NCBI GenBank assembly: GCA_048884785.1 | Contig: JBHLQM010000021.1 | Span: 1 to 47,081, forward strand | From: Candidatus Thorarchaeota archaeon | Lineage (GTDB): Archaea; Asgardarchaeota; Thorarchaeia; Thorarchaeales; Thorarchaeaceae | Length of the DNA: 47,081 nucleotides | Reading direction: 5' to 3' | Shown: positions 1 to 7,497 of the stretch, piece by piece | How positions within the stretch are numbered: the first letter of the stretch is position 1 | Layout: every line of letters starts with the position of its first letter | The notes under the pieces: generated by a model | The model's input: only the letters and a program-made list of their open reading frames with translations | Databases searched by the model: none | What the model was told of the DNA's origin: nothing | Position numbers and translations under genes: made by a program

Positions 1-99
1 CTTCGCTAACCCTCCTCCAAGCCCTAGTACGCTTTAGATACAACGGTGGATGACCTCGCGTCATTGTTCCTCGAATTCCTTCCTCGAAACCCACATCTT
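1..99 (-). repeat. Most diverged displaced copy of the actin 3' end (R3), with partial terminator; truncated by the window edge
   Basis: 34-99 on the minus strand reads [20 protein letters not shown]-stop, versus actin [21 protein letters not shown]-stop. There are 13 nt differences in 66, with 9 codons changed synonymously. CTAGTACGC motif at 24-32. Confidence 0.92.
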
Positions 100-155
100 A
101 CGTCGTTGCATATACTTTTCTTATTCATTCCAAGGCGGGCTCTGAAGATAGATTA

Positions 156-1985
156 TTGAAGGGATTGATAGTGAAAGAGTATTCAACGGTTGTAAAATGT
201 CTTCGAGCAAAGATGGAGAGGTGGACTGAATCAGGTCCTGCAACAGGTGCAGCTTTCTCTGTAGTTGCAACAGATGGCCCAATATTCTCAGAAGGTTATG
301 GCTACAGAAACCTTGCTAAGTCTGCAAAGGTCGATAGGGAAACCATCTTTCAAATTGGGTCCACCACAAAAATATTCACGGGACTTGCATTCATGCTTGC
401 TGTTCAGGACGACCTAGTGGCTCTAGATGATAGGCTTGTGGATCATTGGCCTGAGTTCACAATACATAGTCGATATGGGGAGGCTGAATTTCGTAAGATT
501 ACATTCAGGCATCTTCTATCACACCGCTCAGGACTCCCTCGAGATCCGAGAGTAGGAGGTATCTTTGGTTGTCATAAGAAGTACACATTCGAAGAAATGG
601 TAGAGAGCCTTAAGGACTGTTGGATGGTTGCTCCAGTTAACGATAGGTACTATTATTCCAATGTCGGTATGGATACAGTGGCTTACGCACTACAGAAGAT
701 AACTGGAATGAAATATCCAGAATGGGTCAAACAGAAGCTGGGTAGACCTTTAGCGATGTCAACTCTTAGATATGGAGGTGCTGAGGCACTCCAAGAAGAC
801 AATGTTGCCATTGGAAGTGAAGACGGAGTTCATGAAATCACATTTGCTTCATCAGAAGATTATGGTTGTGGTGACGTCTGGATTGGGAATATTGACCTTG
901 CAAAGGCATTGAACCTACTTTTGAACGAAGGTTCCTATGAAGGAGAGGAAATACTTGAGAAACAGCTATTTCGTGAGATCACTAGGCCTCACTTTGCGAG
1001 AGAAAAAGGACACCAGTATGGTCTTGGTGTAGATATAATGAATGGGTTTACTCCTATGATTCTAAGTCATGGGGGAGGGTCACTTGGTTATGCATGCAGC
1101 CTTTACTGGATTCCAAAGTATGGCTTCGGAGTCTGTGTCCAAACAAACTGGGAATCGCTTGGTGGCAAGAAGAATCCCCATACTCTGGCTACAGATGCCC
1201 GTGAGGATTTACTAGGAGTGCATGGTGCCTCATTGGCTAGGCCGATTCCTGATGGATTTCTTGCTGAAGATGTTGTGAGGCCAGCTGTTACAGATCCTTC
1301 TAATCTTGTTGGTTTCTATGCAGGTCTCTGGAATGCATCTGTCATAGTTTCATTTCGGGAAGGTAGATTGTATTGGCATGATAGATGGGAGATGACAGCA
1401 AAGGGGAACGGATACATTCTCCCATCAGGAAATGCAGTTCGATTCAATTTCAAATCAAAGAAATCGAGGACCCCCTATTATCTTACTTACGTGAATCCGC
1501 GTTATCCAGTAGCCATGTTGAATATGTACCGCGTGAAACCTGTTGAACCTCCTTCCCAGCTACAGTTTATCGATGAGAGTACCTCAGAGCAATTGACTGG
1601 AATCTACAAGGCAATATATTATGGAGGCGAGTTTACTTTCAACTTAGCTCTTGTCAAAGAAGGACAGCTCTTCATCCAAACAGACTACGGACTAAGACCC
1701 GTCTACCCTCATGAGTCTAAAGAAGGACTCTTCTTTTTAGGGTACGGGGAAACGGTGCTCTTTGAAGGTGATGAGTTGAGTGTGGGGAATGTACGAGGTG
1801 TGAAGTGGCTGAATCCAGTCGAAGAGTTGGATGACCTTGCAAAGAATAACACAAATCATAGACTCTTGGTCAAGTGGCGACTTGACCAGGTTGCTTCACA
1901 CTTGAAGACTCTAGGAAGAACTAATGAAGCAAAGGAGGTCCTCAAAATCAAGAAGGAGCTCTATCCGCCAAAGAAGAAGAGATAA
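156..1985 (+). CDS. Serine hydrolase, beta-lactamase class C/PBP-like family, with C-terminal extension (cassette gene)
   Basis: SxxK (GSTTK), LLSHRSGL, YxN (YYYSN) and HGG motifs; no obvious signal peptide; the start may be GTG at 171. Confidence 0.88.
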   Translation: MKGLIVKEYSTVVKCLRAKMERWTESGPATGAAFSVVATDGPIFSEGYGYRNLAKSAKVDRETIFQIGSTTKIFTGLAFMLAVQDDLVALDDRLVDHWPEFTIHSRYGEAEFRKITFRHLLSHRSGLPRDPRVGGIFGCHKKYTFEEMVESLKDCWMVAPVNDRYYYSNVGMDTVAYALQKITGMKYPEWVKQKLGRPLAMSTLRYGGAEALQEDNVAIGSEDGVHEITFASSEDYGCGDVWIGNIDLAKALNLLLNEGSYEGEEILEKQLFREITRPHFAREKGHQYGLGVDIMNGFTPMILSHGGGSLGYACSLYWIPKYGFGVCVQTNWESLGGKKNPHTLATDAREDLLGVHGASLARPIPDGFLAEDVVRPAVTDPSNLVGFYAGLWNASVIVSFREGRLYWHDRWEMTAKGNGYILPSGNAVRFNFKSKKSRTPYYLTYVNPRYPVAMLNMYRVKPVEPPSQLQFIDESTSEQLTGIYKAIYYGGEFTFNLALVKEGQLFIQTDYGLRPVYPHESKEGLFFLGYGETVLFEGDELSVGNVRGVKWLNPVEELDDLAKNNTNHRLLVKWRLDQVASHLKTLGRTNEAKEVLKIKKELYPPKKKR

Positions 1986-2020
1986 CCTAATGCTTTTGAG
2001 ATGATTTGGTCAGGATTGGC

Positions 2021-2137
2021 AAAAGGGAGAGAAAGAAGGGAGCCTTGCTGGCTCGCCTTCGTTTACTAGTACGCTTTAGATGCAGCGGTGGATGACCTCG
2101 GGGCCTTGCTCTTCAAACTCCTTGCGTGAGACCCACA
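2021..2137 (-). repeat. Displaced copy of the actin 3' end plus terminator (R2)
   Basis: 2076-2137 matches actin 4514-4575 with 2 synonymous changes. CTAGTACGC at 2066-2074, hairpin at 2035-2060, AAAAGGGAGAG tract at 2021. Confidence 0.97.
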
Positions 2138-2168
2138 AACTCGATTTCGAGCAATTTGACATAGATTA

Positions 2169-2369
2169 TCAATCAGCTGAAGTGGATTCTTGTTCAATTC
2201 GCATGAAAAGAATCCCTGTAAGAAAGGCAATTGCTCCAAACGGAAAAATGACGAAGGGGAGGTGAGCAAAAATCCAAGGATCAATATCATAAAATGGGTT
2301 ATGAAGCTGCAAGAGTAAAGCCAAGAATATGACAAACGCACCACCCATCGCTAGGTGCTTGCCGGTCAT
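2169..2369 (-). CDS. Small two-TM membrane protein (cassette gene)
   Basis: 66 aa with two hydrophobic segments; GGAGGT Shine-Dalgarno just upstream of the ATG. Confidence 0.6.
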   Translation of the reverse strand: MTGKHLAMGGAFVIFLALLLQLHNPFYDIDPWIFAHLPFVIFPFGAIAFLTGILFMRIEQESTSAD

Positions 2370-2539
2370 TTAGAAACCTCCGATTCCTCTAATATCATCG
2401 TTTTCACATAATCATACTGGTGCAAACAATATAGCTCCCATTTTTCGTATCCAAGGTAGGACCACCATTCTTTGGATATCAATACGCACTCAATCCAGCG
2501 AAAGAAAAGAAATAGGATTGAATCAAGATGTGTTCTCAT
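2366..2539 (-). CDS. Possible 57-aa peptide (MRTHLDSILFLFFRWIECV...EESEVSK)
   Basis: Translated manually; below the ORF-track cutoff. Its stop overlaps the start of the 66-aa ORF (ATGA). Confidence 0.3.
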   Translation of the reverse strand: MRTHLDSILFLFFRWIECVLISKEWWSYLGYEKWELYCLHQYDYVKTMILEESEVSK

Positions 2540-2563
2540 AAGAAGAGATGATTGAAATGCCTC

Positions 2564-2676
2564 AAAGGGAGAGATAGAAGGAGAACTCTGCTAGTCCTCC
2601 TTCGTTTGCTAGTACGCTTAGATACAGCGGTGGATGACTTCGGGGCCTTGCTCTTCAAACTCCTCGCGTGAGACCC
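2564..2676 (-). repeat. Displaced copy of the actin 3' end plus terminator (R1)
   Basis: 2618-2676 matches actin 4514-4572 with one change (AAG to GAG, K to E). CTAGTACGC at 2609-2617, hairpin at 2577-2603, AAAGGGAGAG tract at 2564. Confidence 0.97.
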
Positions 2677-2736
2677 GAGGTAAATCGACAACTATTTGTT
2701 TGATATGGGTTCCTCTCAAGAATAAGGGGATTAGAA

Positions 2737-4452
2737 ATGGGAGTTAGATTACTATCTAAATGGGTGGTATGGTCTGGGACTAAACAAAATGAAAGCCTGA
2801 ATTTCTCAGCTGAATCTGACACACAATATGCAGTTCATATTCTTGGCTTTGCTCAGAGAGCATTCTCTGGTAATTATACAATTCTTGTGAATGATAAGAA
2901 GATAACCACTTCAAAGGTGTCCGGTAATTTTGTAGATACAATCAGCATAGGACATCTTGAAGCTGGAAAGGGGTATAAGCTAACAACAGAATTAGAATCT
3001 AAGAAAGGTGAATGGCAAGTCACACTTTATCTTACAGACAGATTCCCTAACGGAAATGTGCCTAGCAGGGCATCTAAAGAAAGAGATCCTCTTCGTCTAA
3101 TTAGTCTAGTTGCTCAATTGAAGAGAGATCGAAGACTTCACGAAGCAAAATATCTTCTTCAAATAATGAGGAAGAAAGCACCTACTAACAATATGATAGC
3201 GCAAGCTTTAGATGAATTGAAGGATGTTGACATATCATTTCAAGAACATTCACCAGAACCAGAGTATGAGGGGATATTTGACCCGAGATTGCTAATCGCA
3301 GCAGGAGATAATTTCCATCGGGAAGGAAACTACTCTGCGGCAGAATTTGCATATAAACAAGCATTGGAGAGAGATCCTTCTAATGCAACAGTCTGGGTTA
3401 ATCTAGGTGTAGCACTTGCTAGACAAGGACGCCCAAAAGAAGCGGAAAATGCATACCGTACAGCAACTGAACTGGATTCTAAGTATCTTCTTGCGTTCAA
3501 TAATCTTGGTGCAATCCTAATAGAGCAAGAGAGATTTGAAGAAGCTATTATTCCAATAGAACATGCAATTTCTCTCGATAAGAATAATCATATTTTATGG
3601 CATAGTCTAGGAATGGCATTCTTCCATCTCAAAAGACACTCTGATGCAAAGGAGGCGTTTGAGAAAGCTTTGATAATCGATCCAAGAAGTGTTCCAACTT
3701 TGATTTCACTTAGTCTGGTCTTCAGAGAGTTAAAGGAATTCAAAAGAGAAAATGAAGTGTTGCAACAAGCAGTTGCATTAGATCCAACACTGATTCAGAA
3801 ACTCAAACTTGGTGCATTGGAATTGGATGATAAGTTGGTAGAACTTAAGGAGATGTTTGCAAAGAGTCAAGAATTGATATCTCTGAAGGAATTCGATAAG
3901 GCATTTGATATTCTAGTTAAAGCAACCAAGAAATTCCCTGAATCTGGCGACATACTTGGAAATATAAAGAATATACTTCCACAGACTAGGCTGAAAGAGT
4001 TCACATACAATTGTCCTACTTGCAATTTCACTAGCAAAGTTCAGCTTCAGCCATCACTTGGTCCAGATGTTGCAATTCTTCAAATTGGAATACATGCCAA
4101 GATGTTTGCAGAAGTTCCAGATAGTATTAAACAGGTTACATGTGGTGCATGTAAAACTCCTGGAGGAGTTACAATTTCACTATGTTTGGATTGCTTTGAT
4201 GGGTTTAAGGGAGTGCTTCATGAACAAACAAGTCGAAAAAATTACTCCTACAACTGTGATAAATGCAATAAACCACTGACAACTAGGGCTGAGAAATCTG
4301 AAACACAATTGAAGCAATTTGAAGAATTGAGAAGAAGAGCTGAGGTAGTCAGCATTGCTATTCAGCGGGTTGATTCTATATTTCCTAAATTCCAATATGA
4401 GAGAGTGCCAATATCAAATCAATCCTATTCATTGTTGAAAGAAAAGAAATGA
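2737..4452 (+). CDS. TPR-repeat protein with N-terminal beta-rich domain and C-terminal Zn-ribbon region (cassette gene)
   Basis: Several TPR motifs (e.g. AEFAYKQALERDPSNATVWVNLGVALARQGRPKEAENAY) and four CxxC motifs (CPTC, CGAC, CLDC, CDKC); visibly more AT-rich than actin. Confidence 0.85.
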   Translation: MGVRLLSKWVVWSGTKQNESLNFSAESDTQYAVHILGFAQRAFSGNYTILVNDKKITTSKVSGNFVDTISIGHLEAGKGYKLTTELESKKGEWQVTLYLTDRFPNGNVPSRASKERDPLRLISLVAQLKRDRRLHEAKYLLQIMRKKAPTNNMIAQALDELKDVDISFQEHSPEPEYEGIFDPRLLIAAGDNFHREGNYSAAEFAYKQALERDPSNATVWVNLGVALARQGRPKEAENAYRTATELDSKYLLAFNNLGAILIEQERFEEAIIPIEHAISLDKNNHILWHSLGMAFFHLKRHSDAKEAFEKALIIDPRSVPTLISLSLVFRELKEFKRENEVLQQAVALDPTLIQKLKLGALELDDKLVELKEMFAKSQELISLKEFDKAFDILVKATKKFPESGDILGNIKNILPQTRLKEFTYNCPTCNFTSKVQLQPSLGPDVAILQIGIHAKMFAEVPDSIKQVTCGACKTPGGVTISLCLDCFDGFKGVLHEQTSRKNYSYNCDKCNKPLTTRAEKSETQLKQFEELRRRAEVVSIAIQRVDSIFPKFQYERVPISNQSYSLLKEKK

Positions 4453-4457
4453 TTTAG

Positions 4458-4513
4458 AAAAGGGAGAGAAATGAAGGAGGGGAACGCTCCCACTCCTTCA
4501 GATACTAGTACGC
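4458..4513 (-). terminator. Actin 3' UTR: GCGTACTAG motif, hairpin and pyrimidine tract
   Basis: Inverted repeat TGAAGGAG-GGGA-acgc-TCCC-a-CTCCTTCA (4472-4500), followed on the minus strand by TTTCTCTCCCTTTT. Confidence 0.75.
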
Positions 4514-5653
4514 TTAGATACAGCGGTGGATGACTTCGGGGCCTTGCTCTTCAAACTCCTTGCGTGAGACCCACATCTTCTGGAACGTCTTTAGCGAAGC
4601 AAGAATGCTTCCGCCAATCCAGACAGAGTATTGTCTCTCTGGAGGAGCGATGATTCGGACCTCGATGTTCTCTGGGACTAGCTCGGTGATCTCCTTGTGG
4701 AGCCTCTCCTTGAGTCCTGGGAACATGGTTGAACCGCCTGACAGGACAACGTTAGCGTATAGGTCACGTCGTAGGTCAACGTCACAAGCCTTGATGGACT
4801 CGACAATGTGCTCATCGAGTGGCATTGTGTCTAGGCCAATTGCACTTGGGTTGAAGAACAGCTCAGGTGCTTGGAAGCGCTCTGCACCGACTGTGATCAC
4901 CTCACCGTCTGGCAGCATGTAAGGCTTGTCAACACCAGCCTTGTCTGCAACGGTCCTCTCCCTCTCGGGGTCAAGGGCTACGTAGCAGAGTTTCTCCTTG
5001 ATGTCACGGACAATCTCCTTCTCTGCGCCGCTCACGAATGAGTAGCCTCTCTGTCTGAGAAGTCTGCGCAGATACTCGGTGATGTCACGTCCTGCAAGGT
5101 CAATTCTTCGAATGGCATGGTTGATTGAGAAGCCCTCGTACACAGGGACAATGTGGGTGACACCATCGCCAGAGTCAATAACTAGACCGGTCGTCCTACC
5201 TGATGCGTACAGTGATAGCACAGCCTGAGTCGCAACATATACAGCGGGAACGCCGAAGTTGTCGAACATCACGGATGCCATGCGTTCTCTGTTCTCTCTC
5301 GGGTTGAAGGGTGCTTCAGTGAGCAACACTGGGTTCTCACTTGGGTCGATCTTCAAGTCGTTATAGAATGTGTAGCTCCATATCTTCTCGATTGCGTCCC
5401 AGTCCTCTACAACACCGTGTGTGATTGGATACACCAAGCGTAGTACACCACGGAGGTTGATGGCCTCTTCTCCGATGTAGTAATCGCGAGTATAGTGGTC
5501 AACGTCTGTCATGATACTCTCATATCGGGGATAACCGATGAGAGTGGGCCAGACGCTTCGGGGCTGATCTTCGCCGGCATATCCGTTCTTGCTAAGGCCA
5601 GTGCCATTGTCGATGACAACTGGCTTTGTTCCAAGAAACTCGTCTTCAGCCAT
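4514..5653 (-). CDS. Asgard actin (eukaryote-like actin)
   Basis: [68 protein letters not shown] and [12 protein letters not shown] motifs; ends in HRCI. Likely start is MAEDEF at 5653. Confidence 0.98.
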   Translation of the reverse strand: MAEDEFLGTKPVVIDNGTGLSKNGYAGEDQPRSVWPTLIGYPRYESIMTDVDHYTRDYYIGEEAINLRGVLRLVYPITHGVVEDWDAIEKIWSYTFYNDLKIDPSENPVLLTEAPFNPRENRERMASVMFDNFGVPAVYVATQAVLSLYASGRTTGLVIDSGDGVTHIVPVYEGFSINHAIRRIDLAGRDITEYLRRLLRQRGYSFVSGAEKEIVRDIKEKLCYVALDPERERTVADKAGVDKPYMLPDGEVITVGAERFQAPELFFNPSAIGLDTMPLDEHIVESIKACDVDLRRDLYANVVLSGGSTMFPGLKERLHKEITELVPENIEVRIIAPPERQYSVWIGGSILASLKTFQKMWVSRKEFEEQGPEVIHRCI

Positions 5654-5744
5654 TTTGATTCGGTCCTCTTTCAATGAATTATACAGAGAGTCTCGCGAGA
5701 AATGAATCTTCCAAAACTCTATGCTGACAATAAGTCCTGTTATT

Positions 5745-5765
5745 TGCTATTTAAGCGTTTATCGG
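5745..5765 (-). promoter_or_regulatory. Probable BRE/TATA promoter of actin
   Basis: Minus strand reads GATAAACG-CTTAAATA about 95 nt upstream of the ATG. Confidence 0.5.
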
Positions 5766-5987
5766 ATTTCGTCAATTAAATCAAACGAATATATTATATA
5801 TGTATATCATGTGGTTTAATTATGCAATAGGCTGTATGTGCCGAAAACAGGGTTTTGAACCCATTTTCGTTATTTCTGGAAGATTTTTCTATATCGGACA
5901 GTGGTGAATTTCGGACAAAAAAAGGGACAAGAAAGGATATCTACAAAGCATATATATATCATATATATATTAAATGAAGTGAGTACT

Positions 5988-6818
5988 ATGTTATACGAAT
6001 CGGCTGATGATATTGTCAAGAGAGAGATTGAGAGTGTGCGAGCCAGACGGATCATCTTGGACCAGCTTGAAGGAGGACCAAAGACAGGTACAGAACTCAG
6101 AGAGAGTATCAGGAAAGATATGGCTCTAACGCTCATAGATCAGAAGGGAAAGAAGACGGCCAAGGAGAAGAAGGTAGTAGTCACCGATCCCAAGCTCTAT
6201 CATAACACGTCGCATCTGGAATCACTTGGAATTATCAACAGCAGAAGAGAATCAAGGGAGAGAGTCTTCGAGCTCAGTCTGAGGGCGTATCATCCTGTAA
6301 GGCGCGCGCTTAAGGAAGTGGGTCTCATGGAAGTGAATAGACCAGTTGCATATGTCGCCTCCGTCAGACAACCAGACGACCAGAGACCGTTTGCAATCTG
6401 GCTACGTCGGGGAAAGCAGTTCAAGCCAAAGAAGCTTTTACTCTTCACTGAGAGCCGTGTCTGGAAACGTCAGACCCTGAGAAGTCTCGATCGATTCATG
6501 ACTGGCGAGTCCCGAGGGATGATGGACACAGAAACTGAATGGTATGACATTCCCGTAGAAATAACAAGTGATTCGGAGGACCTCCAACGTGGGAACCTTG
6601 AGGCGGTCTACAGTTTCATTCGGAATGAGGTTGTCAAAGTAATACCCACACACGAATTAGTTGTGGATTTATCAATGGGAACTCCACTCACAATTCTCGC
6701 ACTTGTTCGGTTGGCTGAAGAGTACTCTCTACGAGCCATTCACGTTGAGAGCTATGAGGATGAGAAGGGCAGGATCATCCAGTACTATCCACGAGGGAGT
6801 AGTAGTGAATCTTGGTGA
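5988..6818 (+). CDS. Winged-HTH regulator fused to a C-terminal CARF-like (Rossmann) domain
   Basis: N-terminal ArsR-like wHTH (ILDQLEGGPKTGTELR...LYHNTSHLESLGII); C-terminal LVVDLSMGTPLTILAL resembles the CARF D(I/L)(T/S)GG motif. Likely start is ATG 5988. Confidence 0.65.
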   Translation: MLYESADDIVKREIESVRARRIILDQLEGGPKTGTELRESIRKDMALTLIDQKGKKTAKEKKVVVTDPKLYHNTSHLESLGIINSRRESRERVFELSLRAYHPVRRALKEVGLMEVNRPVAYVASVRQPDDQRPFAIWLRRGKQFKPKKLLLFTESRVWKRQTLRSLDRFMTGESRGMMDTETEWYDIPVEITSDSEDLQRGNLEAVYSFIRNEVVKVIPTHELVVDLSMGTPLTILALVRLAEEYSLRAIHVESYEDEKGRIIQYYPRGSSSESW

Positions 6819-7497
6819 GTCAGGGCTACCTTGGCAGCGGATAGACGTCATGGGAAATTTACATAGAATCAGAACTGCCATTTCAGAAGACCTTGCATTG
6901 GTTCCGTCTATTAACACAAGGACAATAAGAAAGTTGAAGCGCTGGTTGGATGACTTGGATTATATCATGGATTGCGTAAAGTCAGCGGAGAACGATGTTT
7001 CTCCTAAACTTAGGCGTCTTCTGGGTTTGGACCTGAATGGCAATGGGCATCTTACAGTGCTACTCTTTCAACCCAGCACAAAGAACCTCTTTCTTGAGAT
7101 TCACACTCACTACTGCCAGAGGAAGAACTCCCATGTTGACTGTGGTGCATTAGATGATCTTGCATCTCTAAGTGAGATGAGTAAAATGCTGGCATTAATT
7201 GGCGATGCGGTGATCGATATGGCTATCCTTCATCACATTTGGACTCCAAAAATTGTGGGCGTGGGCACACTAACACAGGACAGGGCGGACCTTGTGAGTA
7301 ATGAGCACCTCGCAACTATATGCGACCAATGGGGACTCTATGATGCACGAATTCATTTTGACCCTCGAACTTCAACGAAGGCTGAGATAGAACATGACAA
7401 GGGAACCCTAGTTGAAGCGCTCTATGGAGCTATCTATATTGAAAAGGGTTTCAAGAAAGTACGCGAGCTGGTTGTACATCTTTTGAAGAGCAAGTGA
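6805..7497 (+). CDS. Ribonuclease III-domain protein (Mini-III-like, no dsRBD)
   Basis: LALIGDAVID, VSNEHLA and GTLVEALYGAIYIE motifs. Probable GTG start at 6805 after GAGGGAG, overlapping the upstream gene. Confidence 0.8.
   Translation: MNLGESGLPWQRIDVMGNLHRIRTAISEDLALVPSINTRTIRKLKRWLDDLDYIMDCVKSAENDVSPKLRRLLGLDLNGNGHLTVLLFQPSTKNLFLEIHTHYCQRKNSHVDCGALDDLASLSEMSKMLALIGDAVIDMAILHHIWTPKIVGVGTLTQDRADLVSNEHLATICDQWGLYDARIHFDPRTSTKAEIEHDKGTLVEALYGAIYIEKGFKKVRELVVHLLKSK

Noticed and set aside
61-63. In-frame TGA in R3 as selenocysteine
   Set aside because: It replaces a Gly codon in a promoterless gene fragment and no SECIS was recognised; simple decay is more likely.
2080-2265. Plus-strand [22 protein letters not shown]..., similar to ORF 4530-4922
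   Set aside because: Both are antisense shadows of actin sequence; the similarity only reflects the repeat.
1-2676. Diversity-generating retroelement or silent-cassette variation of the actin C-terminus
   Set aside because: There is no reverse transcriptase in the window, changes are not adenine-specific, and nearly all are synonymous, so little protein diversity would result.
2021-2676. Assembly artefact (collapsed or duplicated reads)
   Set aside because: Unlikely, because the copies differ by synonymous changes and compensatory hairpin changes; long-read confirmation is still advisable.
1-4579. CRISPR array or IS-element interpretation of the repeats
   Set aside because: The repeats are ~100-115 nt of actin gene end with 0.4-1.9 kb gene-bearing spacers; no cas genes, transposase or terminal inverted repeats are visible.
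5901-5987. N-terminal extension of the wHTH ORF (likewise 6661-6804, 29936-29971 and 37861-37935)
   Set aside because: These run through AT-rich promoter DNA or overlap neighbouring genes; downstream starts fit better.
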